Shown in pieces: positions 37,115 to 47,620 of a stretch of 64,000 bases of DNA; position 1 is the stretch's first letter, and each line of letters begins with the position of its first letter. The notes under the pieces are model-generated. The model did not search any database. It saw nothing but the letters and a program-made list of their open reading frames with translations, and was not told the DNA's origin. The translations under genes and the position numbers were made by a program. The stretch spans positions 32,001 through 96,000 of the forward strand of contig JAUSFL010000023.1 in assembly GCA_030649735.1 (NCBI GenBank). Direction: 5' to 3'. The stretch is from Candidatus Iainarchaeum sp. (GTDB lineage: Archaea > Iainarchaeota > Iainarchaeia > Iainarchaeales > UBA10191).

Positions 37115-39280
37115 TCACCCGTTTAGCGTCCAGCCAGTGGCTGAATTGCAAGTGTAGCTTTCGACAATTTGCGCGTTTGCAGCAAGCACGCACGTTGGGG
37201 CAGTGCATGCGGTGCTTCCGCAGGAATAAATGCTTTTTGCAGAGCACAGTATTTTTGCCTTGTCCGGGCTGTTGTCTGCTGAAAGCGGATAATTGTTTGT
37301 GACCATGTTTCCCAAGTAGCAGCAGTCAGTGCCTTGGTAATTGTTTTTTATCTGGCTTGGATTGCATGCCTCGTTTAAAGTTATTTCCTGGCTGATTGGG
37401 ATGCCAAGCATTAGTTTTAGCTGCATTTCTTGAGGGGCAAATTGTCCTGAATTGTCTGAGATAAGCAAAGTGTAGTTTCCTTCAATTACTGGGTCAAATA
37501 CCGCGATTCCTGTTTCGCTAGTAAAGAATGAACTGTAATAATCCGCGGGGTTTTTGAAAAGCACTGCGCTGATGTTTGGCAGCAGGTTTCCGTCAAATGA
37601 TTTTATGGTGATTGTTACTGTCGAGTTTCCAGTGGCCGAGCAGCTTGCGCTGTTGAAAAGGCAGTCGCATTTGTTTTTGAAGCTGCTGCCGTTGATTTTG
37701 GAGCAGGCCTCTTGCTTGCTTGTTTTTTTTGCGAAAGTGTAATAGCAGTCGTCAGGCTTGTCGAATGCACCAAGCTGGTAGACTGCGCCCACTGGAAGAG
37801 TTGCGCAGAGTGAATCGTTTGACCTTGCAGCCGCGACATTTCCAAAGCATTTTGGCTTGTTTGACGCAAAATAAAGGATGTCGCAGATTTTTTCGTCAGT
37901 TTTCAGGCCCGCAATTTCTGAAACGCAGCTGTCGTTTCCCGGACCGTATGTTTCAAGCTTTTCAGTGCTGTTTTTTGCCTCGAGCAGGATTTCACTGCAG
38001 TATTTTTCGTCAATTTGGGCTATTGCTGTTTGCGAATGGCAGTTTATTTTCTTTATCTTGTCATTAATGAACTTGCAGTAATCCGTGGTTTTTGTGTTTT
38101 TTGAAGCGTTCAGGATGCAGTCGTCCTTCAATTCTTGCGTGATTATTTTCGTGCACGTGTTTGCGTCATTGATGGCAGTGTCATTGTAGCACTTGTCTGA
38201 AAGGTTTTGGTCGCTTGAAATGCTGTCGCAGATTGAAGCCGTGGTTTTTATCACTGCAAGGTTGTAATAGCAGTTGTTTTTTTCAGCGGGCTGGCTTATT
38301 TTTGGGCATTCGCTTTCATTTTCAAGCAAGTTTGCAATTTGGTTGATGCATGCGTCCCTTGGCTGCTGGCTTGAGATTGAATAGCAAAGGTCGGTGTTTT
38401 TTTCTTTCACCGCGAAAGAATTGAAGCATTCGTCTCTTTTCACGCTGCTGGCTATTTTGCCGCAGTTTTCGGAAGTTTCCTGCGCTAATGCGATTTCATT
38501 GATGCAGTCGTTCTTTGACTGCGCGTTTTCTATCTGCTGGCAGCTGTCAATTTTTTTCAATGCCCTTGCGATTTGGTAGTGGCAGGAGTCTTTTTTTTCG
38601 CTGTTTGTTATTGAACGGCAGTATTCTTCGTTTTGGCTGCTTGATGCCGCGTTCAATATGCAGTCGTCTTTTTCTGCAGTGCCTTTCAGCACATTGCAGG
38701 TTTCGGGGCTTTTTGCCTGCTTGGTTGTTTCTGCAATGCAGCTTTGCCTTGCTGTTTCATTGGTTATTTCTTCGCAGGCCTGCAAATTTCCTGTCTGTTG
38801 CGCTACTATTGAAATGCAGTTTTCTTTAATGTCAATGCTTGAAACAAGCTTGCATGTTTCAATGTCTTTTGCCGCTGTTGCCGCCTGGTTTAGGCAATTG
38901 TCCCTGTTTTCGGCATTTTCCATTTTCAGGCAGGCTTCCTTGCTTTGCGGGTTTGCAGTGAAAATGATGTTGCAGCTGTCTTTCACTGTTTGGGAGCTTA
39001 TTTTGCCGCAATAGTTTTGGTCATTTTTTGCAGTTGCCAGTGCTTGAAAGCATGAGTCTTTTTTGCCTGCTGTTGCTATTTCACTGCAGCTTTCAATTCC
39101 AGTGCTTGCAAGGCTTAAAAGGCAATTTTCCTTGGTTAGCTGTGCTGGGAGGGATTTGCATTCTAAAATCAGTTCTGCAGGCGTTTTTACGGGCGGTTTT
39201 TTCTTGGTGCATCCTGAAATCGCTATTCCGACAATTAGCAAGGCAAAAATTGCCAGCGTCAGCTTTTTGTTCAACTGCAT
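37115..39280 (-). CDS. Cys-repeat surface lipoprotein (about 19 C-x11-C repeats plus a beta-sandwich)
   Basis: Lipobox IAISGC; repeats C-xx-I-x5-[KR]-[DE]-x-C-x3-[ILV]A. Confidence 0.85.
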   Translation of the reverse strand: MQLNKKLTLAIFALLIVGIAISGCTKKKPPVKTPAELILECKSLPAQLTKENCLLSLASTGIESCSEIATAGKKDSCFQALATAKNDQNYCGKISSQTVKDSCNIIFTANPQSKEACLKMENAENRDNCLNQAATAAKDIETCKLVSSIDIKENCISIVAQQTGNLQACEEITNETARQSCIAETTKQAKSPETCNVLKGTAEKDDCILNAASSSQNEEYCRSITNSEKKDSCHYQIARALKKIDSCQQIENAQSKNDCINEIALAQETSENCGKIASSVKRDECFNSFAVKEKNTDLCYSISSQQPRDACINQIANLLENESECPKISQPAEKNNCYYNLAVIKTTASICDSISSDQNLSDKCYNDTAINDANTCTKIITQELKDDCILNASKNTKTTDYCKFINDKIKKINCHSQTAIAQIDEKYCSEILLEAKNSTEKLETYGPGNDSCVSEIAGLKTDEKICDILYFASNKPKCFGNVAAARSNDSLCATLPVGAVYQLGAFDKPDDCYYTFAKKTSKQEACSKINGSSFKNKCDCLFNSASCSATGNSTVTITIKSFDGNLLPNISAVLFKNPADYYSSFFTSETGIAVFDPVIEGNYTLLISDNSGQFAPQEMQLKLMLGIPISQEITLNEACNPSQIKNNYQGTDCCYLGNMVTNNYPLSADNSPDKAKILCSAKSIYSCGSTACTAPTCVLAANAQIVESYTCNSATGWTLNG

Positions 39281-39414
39281 TAGTTTATTACATTCCATGC
39301 CTTTAAAAAATTTGCCTCAAAAAGCCGGCTTTGGTTAGGTTTTTACCTTACCAAAAAGAAAACAATATTTAAATAGCAAGAGAATATTGTTAGTTGTGTG
39401 GGGGTTTTTCTAAA

Positions 39415-42276
39415 ATGGACAGTAAAAAATTTATCATATTATTCGCTGCCTTGATTTTTTCAGCGGGCTTTGCCTTGGCTGTTGATTCAAACGGTTCCGA
39501 TTCAAACTCAGACAAGCCTGTTGCTTGCATTTGCACAATGGAGTACGCGCCAGTGTGCGGTTCTGATGGGAAAACCTATTCTAACGGTTGTGTTGCAAAA
39601 TGCGCCGGAATAATTGATTTTAAGCCAGGCGCCTGCAATGACTCAATTCCTGAAGTGATTTATCCTTCATTTGGGGTTGACTTCAAGCTTTTCCAAACCC
39701 AAACTGCTGTTTTGGAGAATTATAAGATTGCCCTCGCAAAAATTCTTGTTCCTATAGAAGTGCAATGCGTTGATGGCGTTTGCCCAGAAATAGCTTCACA
39801 AGTCCAAATTATTTTGGAAGTCAGCAAAAAGTCTGACAATGGCTATGTTTCTGAAAAGGCTTACTTGGGAGAATATTCAGAGGCCGGCCTTTTAGGAATC
39901 AAAATCCAGTCACGCGGTATAAATTCAGTTTCGGGATATGCTGTCTTGACTGTTTTCAAGGAAAACATCATGCCAGAGCCAATCAAAGCAGCTCTTGGCG
40001 AAGAATTCAAGCTTTTGCAATTGCAGCAAGCCAACATCCAGGATAACGGAAGCACTGCGATGAAGCTTGTTCTGGAAAGAATTGACAACTTGCACATTGT
40101 GTGCATTAAGGCGCCTTGCCCGAATTATTCTGCAGTAATGACTGCAAGCATTGCAAATGACGGAATGTATTCTTTCAAAGTCCTTAATGGCTCCAGCTAT
40201 TTCCTTGGAAATTACGTTGTTAACTTTACTTCCACTGACGGGACTTCAGGAAAGTTTGTTGTAAAGAAAATTTCAGACACTAACACAACTCCAGCAGACA
40301 TTTATGTCAATGTTGATGAATACTTCAAGCTTGTCGAAAGCCAGACAGCAATCTTTAAGACTGGGGAATTTTCAGTGACTCTTGCAGGCGTTGAAAATAC
40401 TGCAACATGCAGTGCAATAGGCTGTCCGCCTTCACAGTCAGTAGTAAAGATAGGCATAAATTCACTTAATGGGCTGCTTGGAAGCTCTTTAGTTACTTTA
40501 AAACAAGGCGAGAGCGCTGAAAGAAATGGCTTTTCAATAACTGTCGTGGGAATTGATTTTTCGGGAAAGACCGCAAAGTTTGTGATTTCAAAAATCCAGG
40601 AAAACCCTGTAGAAAAGACAGTTTATTTGAATGAAAAATTCAAGCTTGCTGAGAAGGAAAGCGCCCGCGTGTTAAGCGGTAATCAAAGATGCCCTCAAGG
40701 CGCAACCTGCATTGCGAGCGCAATGCCGGCGCGCGAAATAATGAAAATTAAGCTCTTGTCAATTAGCCAGTACAAATGCGCTGAAACCAGCACTAGCGGA
40801 GTTTCAGTGAAATGCATTGGAAGCAAGCCTTTTGCAAGAGTTGTGCTAGGCTATGAAGATGGCAATATTGGAACGGCAACTGAAACAACAATTAGTGAAG
40901 GCGGAAGCATCTGGTTCAATGGATTTGAAGTGAACTTGCTTGATGTTTCATTGCAAGCCCCAAATTCTGGAGTTTTCATTGTAAGGCAGCCGAGCATTCC
41001 TGAATACATTAAAGCAAGCTTGGATGAAAAGTTTGAATTGAATCTATTAAGTTCTGGAGCAAATACTGCATTGATTGCTGGAGAGGGAATTTTTGTAAAG
41101 CTTGAAGGCCTTTCAAACGAATGCGTTCAGGCGCGTGCTGATGCCGGCAACCCACGTTATGCAAAAGTTTCAGTGTGGAAAGAATCTGACAATGCATCGC
41201 AAGGATTTGGAATCAATGTTGGCGAGTCATTGAGCATTTACGGCCTGAAATTAAGCCTTTTGGGGACTACTTGCGGAAGCGCAATTTTCATTGCGGCCAA
41301 GGATTCAAACCCTGAAGTCATTAACGTGCATGTCGGAGAGCCTTTCAAATTGCAGAAAGACAAGGCTGCAAGGGTTTTAGAGGCAAACTTGAGGATTGAT
41401 GTATTGAATTTGATTAATGTCTGCGCAAGCTGCGCTTCAACTTCTGACTCAAATGCGGTTGCATCTTGCGTTGGCGGGCTTTGCTATTCAAGCGTGCAAT
41501 TCAGCGTGAGCAATTATGCATTCGAGCAGTCAAAGATTGGAACTACAGTCAGCACTACAGTAATAAACAGCACTACGGTTTCAACAACCGAGTCAAACAG
41601 CACTTCAAGTGCTAGTAGTAGTGGCGGCGGTTCAGGAAGCGCTTTTATTGAAATTCCTCCAATGCCTTGGAAGACTTTCACTCTTTCAGCCGGAGAAAGC
41701 ACTGAAGTTGGAGACTTTGAAATCAGGGTTTTGAATGTTAGTTCTGAAAGCGCTGAGTTTGAAGTCTTGAAAAAATCCACCGGGCAGTCCTTCAATTATG
41801 TAATTAAGGCTGGCTGGAACTTGTTTTCAGTCCCTGGGAAGATTGATTCCGGAAGCAATAATTGCGAGAGCGGCAATTTCAAGCTTTTCGAGTATGATTC
41901 AGCAGCAAAGAAATTCAATAGTGTTTCAGAGCCTTCTCCAGGAAAGGCATACTGGCTTTTTAATTCTGGAAAGTCTTGCGAAGCAAAGGCGACAATCAGG
42001 GATGCCGTTGCATTAAGCGGCCTGCCTTCCTTGAATGCCGGCTGGAATTTTGTCGCAATAGTTCCTGAAATGCTCGGAAGCAAAATCAGCGGGCTTGGGA
42101 ACTGCAAGTTCAAGAGTGCTTTCTCTTGGAATGCTTCTTCAAAAATCTGGCAGAATGCATTGAACAAGAAGTTGGCAAGTGAAGACTTAGGGAGCGCAAT
42201 TGTTGTATTCTCTGAAGGCGCTTGCTCTTTGGCGGGCGCTGTGGAGACTCAGCCCCCAATGCCTCCGAGCCCTTGA
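39415..42276 (+). CDS. Large secreted protein: Kazal domain plus repeated beta domains
   Basis: Signal peptide; CICTMEYAPVCGSDGKTYSNGC Kazal; repeated [GDN]-E-x-F-x-L modules; two GWN repeats. Confidence 0.8.
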   Translation: MDSKKFIILFAALIFSAGFALAVDSNGSDSNSDKPVACICTMEYAPVCGSDGKTYSNGCVAKCAGIIDFKPGACNDSIPEVIYPSFGVDFKLFQTQTAVLENYKIALAKILVPIEVQCVDGVCPEIASQVQIILEVSKKSDNGYVSEKAYLGEYSEAGLLGIKIQSRGINSVSGYAVLTVFKENIMPEPIKAALGEEFKLLQLQQANIQDNGSTAMKLVLERIDNLHIVCIKAPCPNYSAVMTASIANDGMYSFKVLNGSSYFLGNYVVNFTSTDGTSGKFVVKKISDTNTTPADIYVNVDEYFKLVESQTAIFKTGEFSVTLAGVENTATCSAIGCPPSQSVVKIGINSLNGLLGSSLVTLKQGESAERNGFSITVVGIDFSGKTAKFVISKIQENPVEKTVYLNEKFKLAEKESARVLSGNQRCPQGATCIASAMPAREIMKIKLLSISQYKCAETSTSGVSVKCIGSKPFARVVLGYEDGNIGTATETTISEGGSIWFNGFEVNLLDVSLQAPNSGVFIVRQPSIPEYIKASLDEKFELNLLSSGANTALIAGEGIFVKLEGLSNECVQARADAGNPRYAKVSVWKESDNASQGFGINVGESLSIYGLKLSLLGTTCGSAIFIAAKDSNPEVINVHVGEPFKLQKDKAARVLEANLRIDVLNLINVCASCASTSDSNAVASCVGGLCYSSVQFSVSNYAFEQSKIGTTVSTTVINSTTVSTTESNSTSSASSSGGGSGSAFIEIPPMPWKTFTLSAGESTEVGDFEIRVLNVSSESAEFEVLKKSTGQSFNYVIKAGWNLFSVPGKIDSGSNNCESGNFKLFEYDSAAKKFNSVSEPSPGKAYWLFNSGKSCEAKATIRDAVALSGLPSLNAGWNFVAIVPEMLGSKISGLGNCKFKSAFSWNASSKIWQNALNKKLASEDLGSAIVVFSEGACSLAGAVETQPPMPPSP

Positions 42277-42350
42277 GTTTTGGGAAAAAAACCAGTAAAA
42301 CAGCAACTATTAAAAATTTGGAGACTGTAATTATGCAAGGAAGTCGTGAA

Positions 42351-42557
42351 ATGAGAAAGTTTTTTGTTTTAGGAATTGTTTTGCTAGTGTTTTCTTTGCT
42401 GTTTTTGAGCGGCTGCGCTGAGCAAAAAATAGGGCCTGGCGTTGACAATAATTCAGCGAGCAATCCAGGCAATGCGACCGGCGCTGCTTCAAGCATTCCA
42501 ATGCCTCCGGCAAACCCTGAAGAAGGCAATGCTGAAGTTCCAATACTGCCGATTTGA
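42351..42557 (+). CDS. Small lipoprotein
   Basis: MRKFF...LFLSGC lipobox; Pro-rich C-terminus. Confidence 0.65.
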   Translation: MRKFFVLGIVLLVFSLLFLSGCAEQKIGPGVDNNSASNPGNATGAASSIPMPPANPEEGNAEVPILPI

Positions 42558-42571
42558 AAGCTGATTGAAAA

Positions 42572-42877
42572 ATGGGAATTGATTTTTTAAAGCCAAATTT
42601 TGGGAAAAAAATTCTTTTTGTAATTTTTGCAGTTATTTCTTTTTTTATTTTAAGTGCGGCTAATCCAATAATTTTTCCTTGCCTTGCACGGCCGGTCATT
42701 CCCAATCCACCGGCATTTTCTGAAAGCATTTGCGGGTTTCCTTTTAACATTGTTTTTGGAGCAAGCATTCAGTACACTCCAGTTTCAATGCTTTTGCTTG
42801 CAGTCTTTCTTTTGGTGATTCCTTACTTGCTTTCTTGCGGAGTTGTGGAGTTTTTTAGAAAAAGTTCAAAGAATTAG
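42572..42877 (+). CDS. Small two-TM membrane protein (GFPF motif, Cys pair)
   Basis: Same architecture as 3662-3931. Confidence 0.6.
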   Translation: MGIDFLKPNFGKKILFVIFAVISFFILSAANPIIFPCLARPVIPNPPAFSESICGFPFNIVFGASIQYTPVSMLLLAVFLLVIPYLLSCGVVEFFRKSSKN

Positions 42878-42901
42878 TTTTTTTTTTGAAGCTGTGAAGT
42901 T

Positions 42902-43417
42902 TTATTGCATTATTCCGCTTTCGTCGTCTATTTGCTTTGCGATTTTTTTCGTTTTTTCGAAGACTTTGTTCACATCGGCTTCTAGCTCTTCGATTGTTCG
43001 GAGTATTGAGTTGCTTCTTACTCCGTAAAGCCTTCCGCGCTTTACTACAAGGCCGCTTCTTTGGAGGTTGTTCAATTGGTTTATTACTGCTCCGCGGGAA
43101 ATCCCCATTTTTTTGGCCAGTTCAGAGCTTGAGAGCATTCCATGCTGTCCTGGCTCTTTGATTGAATTGTGGGAAGTGTTGAATAATTCCTTGAACACTT
43201 GGCTTGTTGTTTTTTCCTTTCCTAAAGGCTCTAAAAGCCCAAAGCTTTTGCACAAGTAGTCTAATTCTTCCTCTACTTTGTTTGAGAATGGCGGTTCAAT
43301 GCTTTTCACTGACAGTTCGAAAGAATGGACCCTTCTTGTTGGCTTTGGGAATGGCTTTGTTGTTATAAGGAAAGAGTTTTCAGGGGCATTCAATAGCCGT
43401 CTGTTTGTCGGATGCAT
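42902..43417 (-). CDS. wHTH transcriptional regulator divergent from grpE-dnaK
   Basis: LSSSELAKKMGISRGAVINQLNNLQRSGLV. Confidence 0.8.
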   Translation of the reverse strand: MHPTNRRLLNAPENSFLITTKPFPKPTRRVHSFELSVKSIEPPFSNKVEEELDYLCKSFGLLEPLGKEKTTSQVFKELFNTSHNSIKEPGQHGMLSSSELAKKMGISRGAVINQLNNLQRSGLVVKRGRLYGVRSNSILRTIEELEADVNKVFEKTKKIAKQIDDESGIMQ

Positions 43418-43508
43418 GCAAATTAGGGGTTCAGAAAGCCTTAAAAAGTTAATTGTTTAAATTAAAGTAGTATAGTCTGTAAAATCTAGACACTTTGGAG
43501 TTTTTTTT

Positions 43509-44282
43509 GTGTTTGAGAAAAAAAAAGAGCAAGCAAAGAAAGAAGATCCTAAAGAAAGCCCAGAGCCTAAAAGAATAACAATTGAAGAAGCTGTTGAAGA
43601 CAACAAGGCCTTAATTGAGACTTTGCAAAGGCTTCAGGCAGACTTTGAAAACTTCAAGAAACGCGAGGAAAAAAACCGCGAAGAGTTCTCAAAATTCTGC
43701 ACTGCAAGCATTTTCTTTGACCTGCTGGAAATAATGGATTCTTTTGAAAGCGCAATGCAAAAATGCACTCCAGACCAAAACGAGGCGTTAGAGCCGTTGT
43801 ATTACCACTTGAAAAAATTCCTTGAAAAAAACAACGTAACCCAGTTTTCGGCATTGAATGAAATGTTCAATCCAGAACTGCATGAAGTGCTGCTTACAGG
43901 ATACAATTCCTACAAGGACGAAAACATTGTCCTGGAGGAAATAAAGAAAGGGTATTTTGTTTTTGACAAGGTCTTAAGGCACGCGCAAGTGAAAATAAAC
44001 CAAAGGCCAGTGAAAAAAATCGAGGAAATAAAAAAAGAGCTAAAGGACCAATTGAACAAGCTTTCAGGGACTGAAGCAAGCGCGAAAAAAGAAAGGGAAG
44101 AGCAAAAAGGCAAGGACGCTGTTGCAGACAAGCTGTTCTCCAAAGAAAGCGCTTCTCCGCAAAATGAAGCAAAAGAAAACCAGCAAGCCAAAGAAAGCAA
44201 TTCTCAAAATTCAGGCAATAATACTTCTCAAAAGGAAAGCAATTTGAATCCAGAAAACGGGGGTTCTCAAAATGCAAAATAA
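43509..44282 (+). CDS. grpE: Nucleotide exchange factor GrpE with low-complexity C-tail
   Basis: RLQADFENFKKR, FNPELHE, KGY...VLRHAQV. Confidence 0.92.
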   Translation: MFEKKKEQAKKEDPKESPEPKRITIEEAVEDNKALIETLQRLQADFENFKKREEKNREEFSKFCTASIFFDLLEIMDSFESAMQKCTPDQNEALEPLYYHLKKFLEKNNVTQFSALNEMFNPELHEVLLTGYNSYKDENIVLEEIKKGYFVFDKVLRHAQVKINQRPVKKIEEIKKELKDQLNKLSGTEASAKKEREEQKGKDAVADKLFSKESASPQNEAKENQQAKESNSQNSGNNTSQKESNLNPENGGSQNAK

Positions 44283-45207
44283 TTTTAATACTCTGCACGA
44301 TGCTAATTTTGATTTAATCAATCAAATACAAAAAATCAGGGTGAATGGGAATTTGCAGACAATGCGAAAGCAAATAGGCTCTGAAAACTTAAAATCTCTA
44401 TTAATTGCTTTCTACCCCAAATATAATATTACTGAGATTCAGGAAATTATTGGAGTTCCTGACTCTACTGTTGAAAGATGGCTCAAACAATTAGGGGTTG
44501 AATTAACGCGAAATCATATAACTAACTTAGTAGTTCCAGCAAATTTTGAAAGTTCTGTAGTTTTAACTGAAAGAAGCAAATCAACAAAAATTTCTGCAAT
44601 AACTATTGATGAAGGTTTGTCTTATTTAGTTGGATTCTGCATTGGGGATGGTTCTGTGCAAAAATTCTGTATCGAAGTGTTCAATAAGGACTCTGGGATG
44701 AAAGAGCATCTGGCTCAAGTAATGAAAAGGTACGGAAAAGTAGGCGAAAGCATAAGGCAAAATGGTTTGTGGAAGTTGAGATTATCAAGTGTGAAAATAG
44801 CTGATTTGATAAAAAGAAATAAATCTATCAGACAAGATACTATTGATTATATTCTAACAAATGACAAATTAGCACGCCAGTTCTTGGCTGGGCTTTGGGA
44901 TGCTGAAGGGAGTGTTCTCAAGCAGGGAAAATATTTCCACATTTACTTATATAATTCGGATAAAAACCTAATAGACAATATTTCAGAGTTTTTGAATTCG
45001 GTCGGAATTGAAAATTCAATTATTCCCATGAAAAAAAGAAATAAAGAATATAATCTAAACGGAAGAATAATTGTGCCAAGAAAAACAGTTTATCGTCTTG
45101 GAATCCCTAAAAAGCATTTTAAACAATGGGGTGAACTGATTGGCTTGCACTTAAAACACAGTAAAAAAGCAATTATGGTTAAAGAAATTTTGAAGGGGGA
45201 TTGTTAA
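44272..45207 (+). mobile_element. Free-standing two-motif LAGLIDADG homing endonuclease with N-terminal HTH
   Basis: YLVGFCIGDGS and FLAGLWDAEGS; AT-rich codons; no intein splice motifs. Confidence 0.85.
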
Positions 45208-47100
45208 ATGAGTAAGATCATCGGCATCGACCTCGGGACTTCCAATTCTGCTGCTTCAGTTCTTGAAGCCGGAAAGCCGCGAATCATTCCCTCAGCCGAA
45301 GGAATGAGCCTTTATGGCAAGGCATTTCCAAGCGTTGTCGCTTTCACTAAAGACGGGCAAATGCTTGTCGGAGAGCCTGCAAAAAGGCAGGCAGTGTCAA
45401 ACCCTTCAGGAACCTTCACTGCTTTCAAGAGAAAAATGGGAACTGACTTCAAATATTCCGTGAATGGAAAAGAATACAATCCCCAGCAATTAAGCGCTTT
45501 CCTTCTGCAAAAAATCAAGAAAGACGCCGAGGCTTTTTTTGGGGAAAAAGTGGAAAAGGCAGTAATCACTGTTCCCGCATACTTTGACGACAACCAACGG
45601 CAGGCCACTAAAGACGCCGGCTTGATTGCCGGGCTTGAAGTCATTAGGATAATCAACGAGCCAACGGCAGCGGCCTTGGCTTATGGCCTTGACAAGCAGT
45701 CCAAAGAGCAAAAAATCATAGTGTTTGACCTTGGCGGTGGAACTTTAGACGTTACTGTAATGGAATTTGGCGGCGGAGTCTTTGAAGTGAAATCGACTTC
45801 TGGAGACACTCAGTTGGGCGGAACAGACATGGATGCTTCGCTGACTGACTTTTTGGTTGCAGAATTCAAGAAAATCGAAGGCATTGACTTGAAGAATGAC
45901 AATGTTGCAATGCAGCGATTGAAGGAAGCCGCAGAGCGGGCAAAAATTGAATTGTCAACAACAGTCACCACAGAAATCAACTTGCCTTACTTGACTGCGA
46001 ACGCTAGTGGCCCAAAGCATTTCACCCTATCATTGAACCGCGCAAAACTGGAAGAGATTGTAATGCCGTTGATCAAGCGCTGTGAAAAGCCTTTAAGGCA
46101 GGCATTGGCTGACGCAAAGCTTGAAGCCTCTGAAGTGGACCGCATTGTGCTTGTAGGAGGCCCTACAAGAATGCCTTCAGTGCAAAAATTCATTGAAACC
46201 CAATTGGGAAAAATTCCTGAGCGCGGCGTAGATCCAATGGAAGCAGTCGCAATTGGAGCTGCAATTCAGGCTGGAGTTTTGGCCGGGGAAGTAAAGGACA
46301 TTTTGCTTTTGGACGTGACTCCATTAAGCCTTGGAGTTGAAACAATGGGCAGTGTTTTGACAAAGCTCATTGAAAGAAACACGACAATTCCAACGCGCAA
46401 GAGCCAGATTTTTTCAACTGCAGCCGATAACCAAACCGCGGTTGACATTCACGTTCTGCAGGGAGAAAGGCCAATGGCGCAGGACAATAAAACTCTCGGG
46501 CGGTTCCAGCTTGTCGGGCTGCCGCCAGCGCCAAGGGGCATTCCGCAAATTGAAGTCTCTTTCGACATTGACGCCAATGGAATAGTGCATGTTGCAGCAA
46601 AAGACCTTGGCACTGGAAAGACCCAAAGCATTAAAATCGTGGCTTCGCAAAAGCTTTCTGAAGATGAAATAAAAAGAATGCAAAAAGAGGCCGAAGAGCA
46701 CGCCTCAGAAGACGAGAAAAGAAAGCAGGGCGCTGAAATAATAAATTCTGCAGACTCAATGGTTTACAGCACTGAAAGATTATTGAAAGACTTTGAGGGA
46801 AAAGTCTCGGCAGAAGAAATTGACGCCATTAAAAAGAAAATCGAGGAATTGAAGTTTTTGCTAAAGCCTGAAAAGAAAGATTCTGCAATAATCAAGTCAA
46901 AGTTTGAAGAGCTTCAGTCCTTGGTCCAGCAGGCCTCGACAGAGCTTTACCAAAAGGCCTCGCAAAATTCGCAGGATGCCGAGCAGCCCCAAGATTCTCA
47001 AGGCCAAGGCCAAGCGCAAGATTCTGGAAAAGGCTCAAGCTCCAGCCACGACAATGCAGTTGACGCAGACTTCAAGGTAGAAGACGACAAGAAAAAGTGA
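45208..47100 (+). CDS. dnaK: Chaperone DnaK
   Basis: [26 protein letters not shown]. Confidence 0.97.
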   Translation: MSKIIGIDLGTSNSAASVLEAGKPRIIPSAEGMSLYGKAFPSVVAFTKDGQMLVGEPAKRQAVSNPSGTFTAFKRKMGTDFKYSVNGKEYNPQQLSAFLLQKIKKDAEAFFGEKVEKAVITVPAYFDDNQRQATKDAGLIAGLEVIRIINEPTAAALAYGLDKQSKEQKIIVFDLGGGTLDVTVMEFGGGVFEVKSTSGDTQLGGTDMDASLTDFLVAEFKKIEGIDLKNDNVAMQRLKEAAERAKIELSTTVTTEINLPYLTANASGPKHFTLSLNRAKLEEIVMPLIKRCEKPLRQALADAKLEASEVDRIVLVGGPTRMPSVQKFIETQLGKIPERGVDPMEAVAIGAAIQAGVLAGEVKDILLLDVTPLSLGVETMGSVLTKLIERNTTIPTRKSQIFSTAADNQTAVDIHVLQGERPMAQDNKTLGRFQLVGLPPAPRGIPQIEVSFDIDANGIVHVAAKDLGTGKTQSIKIVASQKLSEDEIKRMQKEAEEHASEDEKRKQGAEIINSADSMVYSTERLLKDFEGKVSAEEIDAIKKKIEELKFLLKPEKKDSAIIKSKFEELQSLVQQASTELYQKASQNSQDAEQPQDSQGQGQAQDSGKGSSSSHDNAVDADFKVEDDKKK

Positions 47101-47150
47101 TTAGCTAGAATATAATTGAGAGTTCAATCAAAATGGAGGGGTGATTTTGA

Positions 47151-47579
47151 ATGGCTAAAGATTTTTATGAATTGCTTGGAGTTCCAAAAAATGCAACAAT
47201 AGGGCAAATTAAGCAAGTATACAGAAGGCTTGCGAAAAGATATCACCCCGACACTAGTAGAACCAGTGAAACTGCAGCAATTTTTAGAGAAATAAACACA
47301 GCGTATTCGGTACTTTTAGATCCTCAAAAACGTGCTGTCTACGACCGAAATTTGAATTTTTCGCAGGAACCGCCTCATAGGGCTAAAGAAAAGCCGAGAG
47401 ATGTGGACGCAGTTGTTAGAGAAGGACTTAAAGTTGCTAGAGAAGTTTTGGAAAGAAAGAGGAGAGAGAAAGAAGCTACTAGCGCGCGCGATGAAGCACT
47501 TATTAAAGAAGCGCTTAGGCTCGCGAAGGAACATTCAAGAAAAAAAAATTTAGGTGCTTATAAATTTAGGCCCAAATGA
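47151..47579 (+). CDS. Small J-domain protein with basic tail
   Basis: DFYELLGV...YHPD...INTAYSVL. Confidence 0.85.
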   Translation: MAKDFYELLGVPKNATIGQIKQVYRRLAKRYHPDTSRTSETAAIFREINTAYSVLLDPQKRAVYDRNLNFSQEPPHRAKEKPRDVDAVVREGLKVAREVLERKRREKEATSARDEALIKEALRLAKEHSRKKNLGAYKFRPK

Positions 47580-47620
47580 AATATTGCAGATTAAAATAGG
47601 CAAAACTTGGAGATTGAAAA

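Noticed and set aside
37115-39280. CRISPR-like or DNA tandem array
   Set aside because: The periodicity is at protein level with diverged DNA; there are no identical repeats with spacers.
44272-45207. Intein or intron origin for the LAGLIDADG gene
   Set aside because: Separate ORF with its own start and stop, no Cys/Ser...His-Asn splice ends, and the flanking genes are intact.
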